The notes: generated from the letters alone by a model not told the origin. A stretch of 64,000 nucleotides of DNA from an uncultured Acidimicrobiaceae bacterium (GCA_963769905.1 CAVYNG010000002.1:772040-836039), one strand, 5' to 3'. Positions 9,367 through 19,353 are shown, counted from the first letter of the stretch. A program made the numbers and translations.

Positions 9367-11477
9367 GCGGGCAGATTCCGGCCTCGGGTTCTCCGACCGG
9401 TCGTCCGGTAACGCCGTGAGAAGGCGAGCGCACCCAGGAGCTCCTCGGCGGTCGGCTCGATGCCCCCGTAGGCGAAGCGCTCGACGAGAGTGGTGACCGA
9501 CAAGAGCTCTCGAGCCGCGGTCGGATCGGCTCGCGCCAGCCGTGCGCCGTAGGAGGTCAGGGTCTCGCCGGCTCGGCGGGGCAGGCCCCGTTTCGCGCCG
9601 CCGCGTGCGAGGTCGCTCGCGACCCGATGGGCCCAGGTCGGAGGTCGGCGGCCCCGCCGGCGGACGAGCGTCCAGGCCGCGATCACGACGAGCACAAGGG
9701 CGCCGACGGGGATCCACGGCAGGCCGCCGAGCGACCTCGCCACCGCGTGCGCGATCACCGATCCTGGCGTCGGATTGGCGAGCGGCACCACCGCGGTCGG
9801 ATCGAAGTTCTGCCATCCGTACCCGGGGAACCAGACCTGGACCCATGCGTGGGCGTCCTTCGCCTCCACGTCGTAGAGGTCGGTGATCGGGTTGTAGGAG
9901 CCCGGGACGTACCCGACCGCCTCGCGAGCGGGGATCCCGAGCGTGCGCAGCATGACGACCGTGGCCGTCGAGATCTGCTCGCAGTATCCCTTCCGTGAGC
10001 CGAAGAGGAAGCTGGTCACCGCGTCGGAGCCGGTCGGCAGCGAGGGGATGTCGGTCGTGTAGTGCACGTGCGAACCCATCCACGACTCGATCGCCTCGAC
10101 GACGTCGTAGGTCGGCGGCCCGGTCGTTGCGGACGTCGTCATCCCGGCGGTGATCTGGTGGGCGAGCGCGGCAACCTTCGGGTACGGGTGCGGCAGCTGC
10201 AGATCGTTCTGACGTTCCCTCCCGTTGAGCGCGGGCGCCAGCGCTTCTGGCGGACCCTGCCCGGGAAGCGTCGTCTGGCGGAGCTCGAGACCACTCGCCT
10301 GGGTGTCGTCGGAGATCACGGTGTAGATGGTCCCCGCGCCCATCGAGGTCGACGAGACGATGGTCCCGTCCCCGGGCAGCAGGAGCGTGCGCGACTGGAT
10401 GTAGACCCGCTCCGCCTGGTCGGCGTGGAAGACGAGGTTCGGTCCGGACTGCGCCAGGAAGAAGGTCTGGATGTCGGGAGGCCCACTGCCCTGCGCGCCC
10501 GCCTCGTCGGCTGTCGCCGGGATGGTGAAGGGCGAGCCCGGTGGCAGTTGGTTGACGCCCGGTCCCTTGGCGGGATCGCCCGACTGCAGCCAGCTCTGGC
10601 CGTTCCACTGGTCGTAGGTCTCGCCGAGCCAGAAGTTGGGCCGGCTCGCCCGCACCCGCATGACGACTTGGTCGCCGAGGGTGGTCCTCGCCGCGGTGTC
10701 GAGCGACTTGGCGAAGCCGAGGAAGCCTCCCACGCCGGTACGGCCCTCCGGGCTGGCGGCATGGGCGGGCAGCGACGAGGCGCCGTCGGTCAGGTTGCTC
10801 GGGCTGTCCACTTCCGACCCCGAGGACGACGACGGAAAGATCAAGGAGGCGGACACTCGTGGCGCGGGGAGGACCGAGACGAGGGCCGCGCCGAGAAGGA
10901 GGACCGCGACCCCCGAGACCGCGATCGCGCGCCACGGGATCCCCCTCACCTCCGCGATCGACTGCCACATGGCGACGAGACCGAAGAGGCCACACGCCGC
11001 CCAGGCGATCACATAACCGGCGAGGGAGAGGTCGACCGACTGTGCGGCCGCCACCGCGACCAGGGCAGCCGAGCCAGCCAACGAGTACGCGACGTCCCTT
11101 CTCGCGGGCACGTCGAAGGCGTGGGTGCTGAGGACCCACGCGAAGAGCACCGCCAGGGGACCCTCGACCGTCGAGATGTCGCCGGGCGTCGCGTCGCGGG
11201 TGACCGTCGCGATGAACCAGACGAAACCGCCGACTGCACAGGCTGCGAGGATCGGCTTGACCGCCGGCCACGGGTCGGCCCGTCGCCGATAGCTGACCAC
11301 GTTGCCGAGCACGGTTGCGCCGATCGTGAAGAGGCACATGGCGGCCGAGAGCTCCCCCTGGCTCCAGCACGCGGCCGCCGCGACGCAGACCGCGGCAGCC
11401 GACGCCACCCTGAAAGGGATGGAGTGCTCGGGCGGGCCCGGCCGGTTGGCCTGCACGACCCGTTGCCAGAGATTCAT
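9303..11477 (-). CDS. Transglutaminase-domain membrane protein (DUF3488-type N-terminus plus transglutaminase core)
   Basis: N-terminal multi-TM region. Cys-His-Asp core present: KGYCEQISTATVVMLRTLGIPAR, DAHAWVQVW, NFDPT. Its ATG overlaps the DUF58 stop (ATGA). Confidence 0.88.
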   Translation of the reverse strand: MNLWQRVVQANRPGPPEHSIPFRVASAAAVCVAAAACWSQGELSAAMCLFTIGATVLGNVVSYRRRADPWPAVKPILAACAVGGFVWFIATVTRDATPGDISTVEGPLAVLFAWVLSTHAFDVPARRDVAYSLAGSAALVAVAAAQSVDLSLAGYVIAWAACGLFGLVAMWQSIAEVRGIPWRAIAVSGVAVLLLGAALVSVLPAPRVSASLIFPSSSSGSEVDSPSNLTDGASSLPAHAASPEGRTGVGGFLGFAKSLDTAARTTLGDQVVMRVRASRPNFWLGETYDQWNGQSWLQSGDPAKGPGVNQLPPGSPFTIPATADEAGAQGSGPPDIQTFFLAQSGPNLVFHADQAERVYIQSRTLLLPGDGTIVSSTSMGAGTIYTVISDDTQASGLELRQTTLPGQGPPEALAPALNGRERQNDLQLPHPYPKVAALAHQITAGMTTSATTGPPTYDVVEAIESWMGSHVHYTTDIPSLPTGSDAVTSFLFGSRKGYCEQISTATVVMLRTLGIPAREAVGYVPGSYNPITDLYDVEAKDAHAWVQVWFPGYGWQNFDPTAVVPLANPTPGSVIAHAVARSLGGLPWIPVGALVLVVIAAWTLVRRRGRRPPTWAHRVASDLARGGAKRGLPRRAGETLTSYGARLARADPTAARELLSVTTLVERFAYGGIEPTAEELLGALAFSRRYRTTGRRTRGRNLPAQGRESASASSKEAPAASRGR

Positions 11478-12463
11478 CGCCGGCCTCCCCCCGGGTGGTC
11501 GGCGCGACCGGCGTCGGGCGCGCCTCGGAGGGGTGGGGGGACGGCTCGCGCGAGGCGCCGGCCGAGGTCGACCCGGTCACGTACCCATCGCAGTACGTGA
11601 CCGCTCGGCTCGTCTGTGCCGAGGAGGACCTCCCGTCCGGCCTCGAGCACCTCCGACACCTGGGCCATCGCCTCCTCCGCCTCGGCGTCGGCCCGGTCCG
11701 GTTCGCGGGAGAGGACGAGCTCGAGTGTCACCGGGTCGTCGCGTTGGCGCTCGCTCTCGCGGACCATGAGCGTGCCCGCATGCGAGGTCACCGGCCAGTG
11801 CACCAGCCGTCTCGGGTCGCCCGAGGCGTAGGGCCGCACGCCGCGTGGCTCGCCGGTCCCCGCCGGGAGCCGCTCGGGCGCACCTCCGGGGGGGTCGTCC
11901 CTCCCCACCTCGACCTGGCGCGCGCGTCCGGACCGCGGGGCCACGTGCAGCGGCCGGGGCAGGGCGACCTCGACCTCCCTCGCCCACCAGAGCAGACCGA
12001 GGGGCGCACAACTGGCGAGCTCGACGGCCACCGACTCGAGCACTCCTCGACGGGGTGGGAGGAGCTCCACCTCGGCAGTGCGCGGACCGCGCACCGGTCC
12101 TCCTGCGCGTGCGAGCGTTCCGGTGGGTCGAAGCGGCCGGATCCTCAAAGGGCGGTCGGTGACCAAGGTGATCACGACCGGTCGTCCCGCCTGCCCGTCG
12201 GCGGGGCTCGCGGTGCACACCGCGGTGACACGGCGAGCAACGAAGGCAGGTGCGACCATCCCGACGAGGAGCACCGCGGCGAGCAACGCACCCACCGCCT
12301 GCACCCACCCCGAGCCACTCGAGTGGGCAACCCCCGCCCAGGCGGCCATCACGAGCAGGCTGCCGGCCACCGGCGCGAGCCAGGAGACCGGGTGGACACG
12401 TCGCCGGAGCCGACGGTCTGCCCGCCGCGCGCGCAAGGCCGGCCGCGGGCGCGGGGAACTCAC
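11474..12463 (-). CDS. DUF58 domain protein (MoxR partner)
   Basis: In-frame C-terminal 329 codons of ORF 11474-13489. Motif GVRPYASGDPRRLVHWPVTSHAGTLMVRE. GTG 12463 overlaps the MoxR stop (GTGA). Confidence 0.85.
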   Translation of the reverse strand: MSSPRPRPALRARRADRRLRRRVHPVSWLAPVAGSLLVMAAWAGVAHSSGSGWVQAVGALLAAVLLVGMVAPAFVARRVTAVCTASPADGQAGRPVVITLVTDRPLRIRPLRPTGTLARAGGPVRGPRTAEVELLPPRRGVLESVAVELASCAPLGLLWWAREVEVALPRPLHVAPRSGRARQVEVGRDDPPGGAPERLPAGTGEPRGVRPYASGDPRRLVHWPVTSHAGTLMVRESERQRDDPVTLELVLSREPDRADAEAEEAMAQVSEVLEAGREVLLGTDEPSGHVLRWVRDRVDLGRRLARAVPPPLRGAPDAGRADHPGGGRR

Positions 12464-13446
12464 GTCGTCGGGGCGGGCGCCTCGGCGACGATTCGGGCGA
12501 CGAGGCCCGGTCCGTCTGCGTTCCCACCGTCGGCGATCAGTCGGTGGGAGAGGCAGGACGGCGCGACCTCCTGGACGTCCTGCGGCGTCACGTATGGCCG
12601 TCCACGGAGCACGGCGTGGGCCTGGGCGCTGCGGATGAGCGAGATCGCCGCACGCGGACTCGCCCCGAGGCGCACGGTGCCCGCCGTCCGCGTGGCGCGC
12701 ACCAGCGAGACCGCGTACTCGGCGACCGGCGTAACCACCTGCACCGAGGCGGTGGCGTTGATCGCCCGCTGCCATCGCGCGGGGTCCGACACCGGCGCGA
12801 GCACGTCGAGCGCGTAGCGACCGCCGTTGTGGAGGACGAGCCGCGTCTCGACCTCGGCGTCGGGGTACCCGATCGAGGTCGAGAGACCGAAGCGGTCGAG
12901 CTGGCTCTCGACGAGCGGGTAGGTGCCGAGCTGTCCGACCGGATTCTGGGTCCCCACCACCAGATGGGGCCGGGGCAACGGCCACGACTCCCCGTCGACG
13001 GAGACCTGCTGCTCCTCCATGGCCTCGAGCAGGGCAGACTGAGTCCGCGGCGGCGTGCGGTTCATCTCGTCGAGGAGGACCACATGACCGAAGACCGGTC
13101 CGGGCCGGAACTCCCACGCTCCCGATTCCGGCGAGAAGACGGTCACACCGGTGATGTCGGAGGGGAGCAGGTCCGGGTGGCCCTGCACGCGTGAGAGCTT
13201 GACCCCGAGGGCCGTCGCGAGCGCACGCGCGAGGACTGTCTTTCCGACGCCGGGGACGTCCTCGATGAGCAGATGATTCGCGGAGAGCGCCGCGACCACC
13301 GCAGTGGTGACCGCGTCGGGTGTGCCGAGGAGCACGGCGGAGAGCGCGGCGTGGAGACCGCTGGCCAGCTCGACCGCTTCGTCGACCGCCGAGGGCGAGT
13401 GCGACGGGACAGCCGCCGGCTCGGCCGCCTCGATGCCAGTGCTCAT
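12460..13446 (-). CDS. MoxR-family AAA+ ATPase
   Basis: Walker A (EDVPGVGKT) and Walker B (VVLLDEMNR), plus QSALLEAMEE and NPVGQLGTYPL..SQLDRF. ATG 13446 chosen (MSTGIEAA). Confidence 0.9.
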   Translation of the reverse strand: MSTGIEAAEPAAVPSHSPSAVDEAVELASGLHAALSAVLLGTPDAVTTAVVAALSANHLLIEDVPGVGKTVLARALATALGVKLSRVQGHPDLLPSDITGVTVFSPESGAWEFRPGPVFGHVVLLDEMNRTPPRTQSALLEAMEEQQVSVDGESWPLPRPHLVVGTQNPVGQLGTYPLVESQLDRFGLSTSIGYPDAEVETRLVLHNGGRYALDVLAPVSDPARWQRAINATASVQVVTPVAEYAVSLVRATRTAGTVRLGASPRAAISLIRSAQAHAVLRGRPYVTPQDVQEVAPSCLSHRLIADGGNADGPGLVARIVAEAPAPTT

Positions 13447-13553
13447 GGGTACCCCCGCTTCCCCTGCCTCCGGCGGCCAAACCTGCCACGCCGCCGAGCG
13501 TGGCGATTCACCCACCCTATGCGTTCTTCCTCCTCGGGATCAACATCGGTCAC

Positions 13554-15023
13554 TCAGAAGTCGAGCGCCGAGAGTTCGGGCACCGTCCTCTCGGCACGAC
13601 CGCGCGCCTCGAGCCAGCGGCTGCGCGCCGCCTCGCGCACAGTGTCGTCCGTGCTCGGCTCCACGACTTCGCGCGGCGTGTACGCGGCTGCGACGTCGTC
13701 CTCGTCGGACCAGGTGCCGACCGCCATCCCGGCCAGGAAGCCGGCGCCGAGCGTGGTCGCCTCGACCACCGGCGCGATCTCGATCGGCCGCCCACAGGCC
13801 TCCGCGAGCGCCCGGACGAAGACCGGGTTCGACGACATGCCGCCGTCGACCCGCAACGAGGGGACCGGCATGCCCGAGTCGGACTCGGCGGCGAGAAGGA
13901 GGTCCGCGCCCCGATGGGCCACACCTTCGAGGACCGAGCGCACGAGTTCGGGGCGTCCGCTGCCCCGCGTGAGGCCGAGCACGGTACCCCGTGCGCCGAA
14001 GTCCCAGACCGGCGTGCCGAGGCCGAGCAGCGCCGGGACGAACCAGACGTCGCCGGTGTCATCGCATTGGGCAGCGACCTCGGCCGACTGCTCTGCGGAA
14101 TCGAGGATCCCGAGGTCGTCGCGCAGCCACTCCACGCAGGTCCCCGCCGACAGCATGATGGCCTCGAGACCCCAGGTGGTGGTCGCGTCACGTCGCCACG
14201 CGATGATCGGGATGGTCCCCGCAGGGCCGCGTGTCGACCGGCCCGGCGAGGTGGAACCGAGGCACTGGTCGAGCATCCCTCCGCTGCCGAACGTCGCTTT
14301 GGCCTGCCCGGGCCGGGTACAGCCCTGACCGATGAGCGAGGACTGCTGGTCACCGGCGAGGCCGGCGATGACCGGAGCGCCCGCAAGAGCGGTCGCCGCA
14401 CCGACGGATCCCGAGGAGTCGACCACCTTCGGCAGCAGCGCCTCGGGGATGCGGAGAGCCTCGAGCACCTTCGGGTTCCACCCCGAGCCGTCCGCGAGGT
14501 ACATCCCGGTCACGCCCGCGTTCGACGCATCGATCACGTGGAGCTGCCCGTCCGAGAGCGTCCACGCGATCCAGGTGTCGACCGTGCCGAAGGCGAGGCG
14601 GCCCGCCTCGGCCCGCGACCGATCCGGATCGGCGATGTCGAGCAGGGCCGCGACCTTGGTCGCCGACGCGTTCGGCGGGACCCGGATGCCCTGTGCCTGC
14701 AGCGCGAGGCACGTACCGACGGTGCGGAGATCTTGCCAGCCGAGTCCCGGTCCGAGCGGGGTCCCGCTTTCGCGGTCCCAGAGGACGGTCGACGCGCGCT
14801 GGTTGGCGATCCCCACCGCGTCGACCTGCCCTGCGTCTGCGAGGGACCGCGCGGACACGTCGAGAGCCGCCGCCGCCATCGCGACCGGGTCGAACTCGAC
14901 CAAGCCGGGGAAGGGAGTTTCGGGAAGGACCGGTAGGTGGTGGATGTGCTCGACGGTCGCGTCCGGGCGCACGACCGCGCCGCGCACCCCGGACGTGCCG
15001 ACGTCGACGACGAGGACGCTCAC
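13554..15023 (-). CDS. FGGY-family carbohydrate kinase, glycerol-kinase-like
   Basis: Begins VSVLVVDVGTSGVRGAVV. Other motifs: GIANQRASTVLWDRESGTPL..GWQDLRT, AGDQQSSLIG, GTCVEWLRD, LRVDGGMSSN. GTG 15023 overlaps the upstream stop (GTGA). Confidence 0.8.
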   Translation of the reverse strand: MSVLVVDVGTSGVRGAVVRPDATVEHIHHLPVLPETPFPGLVEFDPVAMAAAALDVSARSLADAGQVDAVGIANQRASTVLWDRESGTPLGPGLGWQDLRTVGTCLALQAQGIRVPPNASATKVAALLDIADPDRSRAEAGRLAFGTVDTWIAWTLSDGQLHVIDASNAGVTGMYLADGSGWNPKVLEALRIPEALLPKVVDSSGSVGAATALAGAPVIAGLAGDQQSSLIGQGCTRPGQAKATFGSGGMLDQCLGSTSPGRSTRGPAGTIPIIAWRRDATTTWGLEAIMLSAGTCVEWLRDDLGILDSAEQSAEVAAQCDDTGDVWFVPALLGLGTPVWDFGARGTVLGLTRGSGRPELVRSVLEGVAHRGADLLLAAESDSGMPVPSLRVDGGMSSNPVFVRALAEACGRPIEIAPVVEATTLGAGFLAGMAVGTWSDEDDVAAAYTPREVVEPSTDDTVREAARSRWLEARGRAERTVPELSALDF

Positions 15024-16525
15024 GGCCAGGGGACGGGGCCGAAGGGGCTCTCGAGCCCGAGTTTTCCCGGGTTGAGGACTCCGTGCGGGTCGAGGGCCTG
15101 CTTGAGCGAGGTGAGGACGCCGAACCCTTCGCCGAGCGCGTCGGCGAGGTAGCGCCCCCGGTTGAGACCGATGCCGTGGTGGTGACTGATCGCGCCGCCC
15201 GCGGCGAGGGTCACCTTGGTGATCACGTCCCACGCGCGCCGGTAGTAGGCCGCGGCCGCGGCTCCCGGGTCGGGCCATTCGTCGCCCGGCCGTCCGGCGA
15301 AGGTGAAGTAGAGGCAGGCGCCGTCGGTGTACGCGTGGCTCTGGTGCGAGGAGGCGACGAGCGTGCCCTCGACCTGACCGAGCGCGTCGAGGACCGCCCG
15401 GTAGAGGTCGGGGAGAGCAGACCACCGCGCCGAGACCTCGGCGGTGTCGACCACGATCCCCGAGCGCCAGAGCGGTGCGAGCGCCGAGACGTCGTTGCGG
15501 TGCTCCAACCAACGCGCGACCAACCCGACGTCGAGCGTCGACGCGTCGCGGCACTCGTCGTCGACGACCGCGAGGGTGGCATCGAGGAGTGCGGGATCCG
15601 CCTCGTCGAGCACGACGAGCACGTTCGTGTCGGGTTGGTCGAAGGAGCGAGCCGACTCGGTCGCGTCGTAGAGACGGAGGACCGCCGGCGAACAACCGCG
15701 CCGGAGGAGGCGCCGGCACGTGTCGAGCCCCTCGGCGAAACTGTCGAACCCGAATACGCGCCGGCCCTCGGCCTCGGGGACGGGATGGACCCGGAACCGG
15801 CCTTCGGTGATCACCCCGAGAGTTCCCTCGCTGCCGACGAAGAGCTGGGTCAGGTCCGGGCCGGTCGCCGCGCGGGGCCCCTTCCCACCGGTCCGCACCA
15901 CCCGGCCGTCCGCGAGGACGACCTCGAGGCCGATCACCATGTCCTCGATCTTCCCGTACCGGTTGGAGTATTGGCCGGCACCGCGGCATGCGAGCCACCC
16001 GCCGACTGTCGAGAGGTCCATCGACTGAGGCCAGTGGCCGAGCGTGAGGGCGTGACGCCGAAGTCCCGCCTCCACTTCGGGGCCGAAGGTCCCCGCCCGC
16101 AGGTCGGCGACGAGCGATTCGCCGTCGACGTCTGTCAGGCCGGTCAGTCCGCAGAGGTCGAGGGCGACGCCACCGAACAGGGGGACCGACCCTCCGCAGA
16201 CACCGCTGCGTCCACCCGCCGCGGTGACCGGCACCCGCGCGGCATCGCAGAGAGCGAGAACAGCGGCGACCTGGGCGGTGTCGGTCGGTCGGGCCACCAC
16301 CGCGGGCCGAGACGGCACCTGCCCCGCGATGGCCCATGAGATCGCGAGCGGCCACCAGTCGCGAGCGGCATCGGCACGCTCGTCCTCGTCGCTCGAGACC
16401 GCGGCGCACACCTCGGCGAGGCGGCGGCGCAGCGCCTCGTCGACCACCACTTTGCGTCCTTTGAGCCGATCGAGGACCGCCCGGTCCCCGGCGTCGACCG
16501 AAGCAACCGGGGAGGGTCGGGTCAC
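15020..16525 (-). CDS. FAD-linked oxidase, alkyl-DHAP-synthase-like
   Basis: FAD_binding_4 pattern PAVVARPTDTAQVAAVLALCDAARVPVTAAGGRSGVCGG. C-terminal ISHHHGIGLNRG motif. GTG 16525 overlaps the glpD stop (GTGA) and is in frame with ORF 15020-18940. Confidence 0.8.
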   Translation of the reverse strand: MTRPSPVASVDAGDRAVLDRLKGRKVVVDEALRRRLAEVCAAVSSDEDERADAARDWWPLAISWAIAGQVPSRPAVVARPTDTAQVAAVLALCDAARVPVTAAGGRSGVCGGSVPLFGGVALDLCGLTGLTDVDGESLVADLRAGTFGPEVEAGLRRHALTLGHWPQSMDLSTVGGWLACRGAGQYSNRYGKIEDMVIGLEVVLADGRVVRTGGKGPRAATGPDLTQLFVGSEGTLGVITEGRFRVHPVPEAEGRRVFGFDSFAEGLDTCRRLLRRGCSPAVLRLYDATESARSFDQPDTNVLVVLDEADPALLDATLAVVDDECRDASTLDVGLVARWLEHRNDVSALAPLWRSGIVVDTAEVSARWSALPDLYRAVLDALGQVEGTLVASSHQSHAYTDGACLYFTFAGRPGDEWPDPGAAAAAYYRRAWDVITKVTLAAGGAISHHHGIGLNRGRYLADALGEGFGVLTSLKQALDPHGVLNPGKLGLESPFGPVPWP

Positions 16526-18279
16526 CCGCGGTCCGATCCGCGCCCGGTCACCGCGGCCGCTCGGGGTCCCGATCCGTCGAGGCCGGCCCGACGGAGCGCG
16601 GCGTCCACACCCTCCGCGTAGGACGAGGACTCCGTCGAGATGCGGGTGCGATCCCACCCGAGCTCGGACGCGACGAGGGCGGCGACCGCGGGCGCAGCCG
16701 CGGCTGCGGCCCTCGCGTTGCGCAGTGACGCACGTGTCCTCCGGTCGAGCACGTCGGCCACGGTGCAGGCCATCTCGGCCCGGACCGCGTAGATCGCTTC
16801 GGCGCCGAGGTAGGGGAGACCCGGCACCAGCGGCTCGAGCAGTTCCGGCCGGCCGTCCGCGACAGCGAGCACGTCGGGCGTCTCGGTTCCGTACCGACCG
16901 GCGAGATGGGTGGCTGCCGACGACGCCGGGTCGGCGAACGTGTCGTGGCCTGCGTGCGCGTGGGCGGACCGATCCGCACGATGCGGTCCCTGACGCCCCG
17001 GCGCGCCGCGGAGTCGCAGGTTCTTCGTCACGCACCGACGGCGACCGCCGCCGAGGACCGAAAGAGCCGCGTCGACGGTGTCCTCGGCCATCCTGCGGTA
17101 GGTGGTGAGCTTGCCGCCGGTGACCGTGACCACGCCGTTCGGCGAGGTCCGGACGGTGTGGCGCCGCGACAGGTCCGCGGTTCGCTCGCTCGGCGCGCGC
17201 TTGCCGGCCACTGGTGCGAGCAGCGGACGGAGGCCCGACCAGATGCCAGTGATGTCGGACGGGGCGAGGAGCTTGGTGGTGACCGCGTTGGCTGCGTCGA
17301 GGAGATACTCGACGTCCTCGGGCGTGCAGTCCGGATCGTCGAGCGGTCCGTCCCATCGGGTGTCGGTCGTGCCGAGGTAGACCTGCTCCCCCCACGAGAC
17401 GACGAAGATGGACCGGTGGTCCTTCCGGACCGGGATCACCGCGGCGATGTCGCAGGGGAATGCCTCGCACGGCACCGTGACGTGGATCCCCTTGGCCGGC
17501 CGGATGGAGTGGGGGTCCGAGCCCTCGTCGAGGGAGCGGACCTGGTCCGCCCAGACACCGGCCGCGTTGACCACCACCGAAGCGCGCACCGTGAGGGGTT
17601 CGGCACCTACCGGCTCGATCCGAGCTCCGGACACCCTCCCATCGGGCCCGTGCTCGAACGCAAGTGCCCTGCAGTAGTTCGCGGCGGTCGCGTCGTAGTC
17701 CAGCACGGCAGTCCGGAGGACCGCGAGGGTCAGCCTCGCGTCGTCGGCACGCGCGTCCCAGTAGAGAAAGCCTTCGAGGAGCTCGTCGGCCCGGAGGGTC
17801 GGGAGGTGGGCGAGCGCCTCGTCCTTCGAGACCTTCTGGTGCCTCCTTCCGATTCGCATTCCCCCAGTCAGGTCGTAGAGCCAGAGCGCGGAGCGATAGG
17901 CGCGGGCAACCCCCCGGTTGACCACACCGGCGCGGCCGAACAGGGGGATCAAGAAGGGGACCGGCGTGACGAGATGTGGCGCGTTGTCGAGCAGCCGCTG
18001 GCGTTCGGCGAGGTTCTCGTAGACCAGCCGGTACTCGTGCTGCTGGAGGTAGCGGATACCGCCGTGGACGAGCTTCGACGACTTGGACGAGGTGCCCGAA
18101 GCGAAGTCCTCCTTCTCGACGAGGGCCGTCCGCAGCCCGCGGCTCGCGGCATCGAGTGCCACGCCCGCCCCGGTGATCCCACCGCCCACGACGAGGACGT
18201 CGAAGGAGTCCGAGGCCAGGCGGTCGAGCGCCCGCTCGCGGGTGAAAGCGCCCTGCTCTGCACCGTTGCCTGCGGGCAT
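16522..18279 (-). CDS. glpD: Glycerol-3-phosphate dehydrogenase (FAD-dependent)
   Basis: FDVLVVGGGITGAGVALDAASRGLRTALVEKEDFASGTSSKSSKLVHGGIRYL. ATG 18279 chosen (MPAGNGAEQ). Confidence 0.9.
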   Translation of the reverse strand: MPAGNGAEQGAFTRERALDRLASDSFDVLVVGGGITGAGVALDAASRGLRTALVEKEDFASGTSSKSSKLVHGGIRYLQQHEYRLVYENLAERQRLLDNAPHLVTPVPFLIPLFGRAGVVNRGVARAYRSALWLYDLTGGMRIGRRHQKVSKDEALAHLPTLRADELLEGFLYWDARADDARLTLAVLRTAVLDYDATAANYCRALAFEHGPDGRVSGARIEPVGAEPLTVRASVVVNAAGVWADQVRSLDEGSDPHSIRPAKGIHVTVPCEAFPCDIAAVIPVRKDHRSIFVVSWGEQVYLGTTDTRWDGPLDDPDCTPEDVEYLLDAANAVTTKLLAPSDITGIWSGLRPLLAPVAGKRAPSERTADLSRRHTVRTSPNGVVTVTGGKLTTYRRMAEDTVDAALSVLGGGRRRCVTKNLRLRGAPGRQGPHRADRSAHAHAGHDTFADPASSAATHLAGRYGTETPDVLAVADGRPELLEPLVPGLPYLGAEAIYAVRAEMACTVADVLDRRTRASLRNARAAAAAAPAVAALVASELGWDRTRISTESSSYAEGVDAALRRAGLDGSGPRAAAVTGRGSDRG

Positions 18280-18314
18280 GGGCCCAGCCTGCCACAGGAC
18301 GCAGACCGGGCTCT

Positions 18315-18354
18315 TTGACAACAATTGTTGAAAAACAACGATTGGTGATAGAGT
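18315..18354. promoter_or_regulatory. AT-rich divergent promoter/operator: perfect palindrome CAACAATTGTTG (18319-18330), direct repeat CAACGATTG (18336-18344), TTGACA (18315-18320), TAGAGT (18349-18354)
   Basis: Read directly. It is the only AT-rich stretch between glpD (minus) and the Fur-family gene (plus). The -10-like TAGAGT sits 7 nt before the GTG at 18362. Confidence 0.5.
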
Positions 18355-18829
18355 GGCGCCAGTGAGAAGCCCCGAGGAACTCGCCGAGCTGTTCCGTGCC
18401 ACCGGTCGGAAGGTGACCGCGCAACGGCTCTGCATCTTCCGGGCCCTCCAGGGCGACGAGACCCACCCCTCGGCCGAGGCCGTGCATGCGACGGTGAGCA
18501 GCGAGATGGAGACCATCTCGCTCAAGACCGTGTACCAGACCCTCCACGACCTCGCCGAGCTCGGTGAGATCGCCTCGCTCGACGTCGGAACCGGTATGAC
18601 CCGCTTCGACCCCAACGTCGACGACCCCCACCACCACCTCGTCTGCCGTCGGTGCGGCAGCGTGCGAGACCTGGTCGTCTCGTTCCCCGAGTTGCGCATC
18701 CCGAAGGGCGCGGAGCTCGGCTTCGAGGTGGGCTCGGCAGAGATCGTCTTTCGCGGGCTGTGCCCCTCGTGCCGTGAGGCAGAGGAGCGCGTCCTCGACG
18801 CGCCGCGTGCTCCGGCTCCGGTACCGTGA
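18353..18829 (+). CDS. Fur-family metalloregulator (PerR/FurA-like by context)
   Basis: Winged-helix N-terminus (VTAQRLCIFRAL...HPSAEAV), HHHLVCRRCG and CPSC zinc-site pairs. The next gene is a rubrerythrin. Start is GTG 18353 or 18362. Confidence 0.85.
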   Translation: MAPVRSPEELAELFRATGRKVTAQRLCIFRALQGDETHPSAEAVHATVSSEMETISLKTVYQTLHDLAELGEIASLDVGTGMTRFDPNVDDPHHHLVCRRCGSVRDLVVSFPELRIPKGAELGFEVGSAEIVFRGLCPSCREAEERVLDAPRAPAPVP

Positions 18830-18908
18830 GCGCCCGGCCGACCACCCAGCACGTCTCGAGACGACTGAGCCGAAGAATCGACAGACCCTCCACCACCCAC
18901 AAGGAGCA

Positions 18909-19337
<429 letters not shown>

Positions 19338-19353
19338 CCGAGTACCGACCACT

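Noticed and set aside
8494-11580. 1028-aa minus-strand ORF, the longest in the window
   Set aside because: It is out of frame with, or antisense to, clearly recognisable genes (ferredoxin reductase, transglutaminase, DUF58). The product is an Arg/Pro/Gly-rich low-complexity string typical of wrong-frame ORFs in high-GC DNA.
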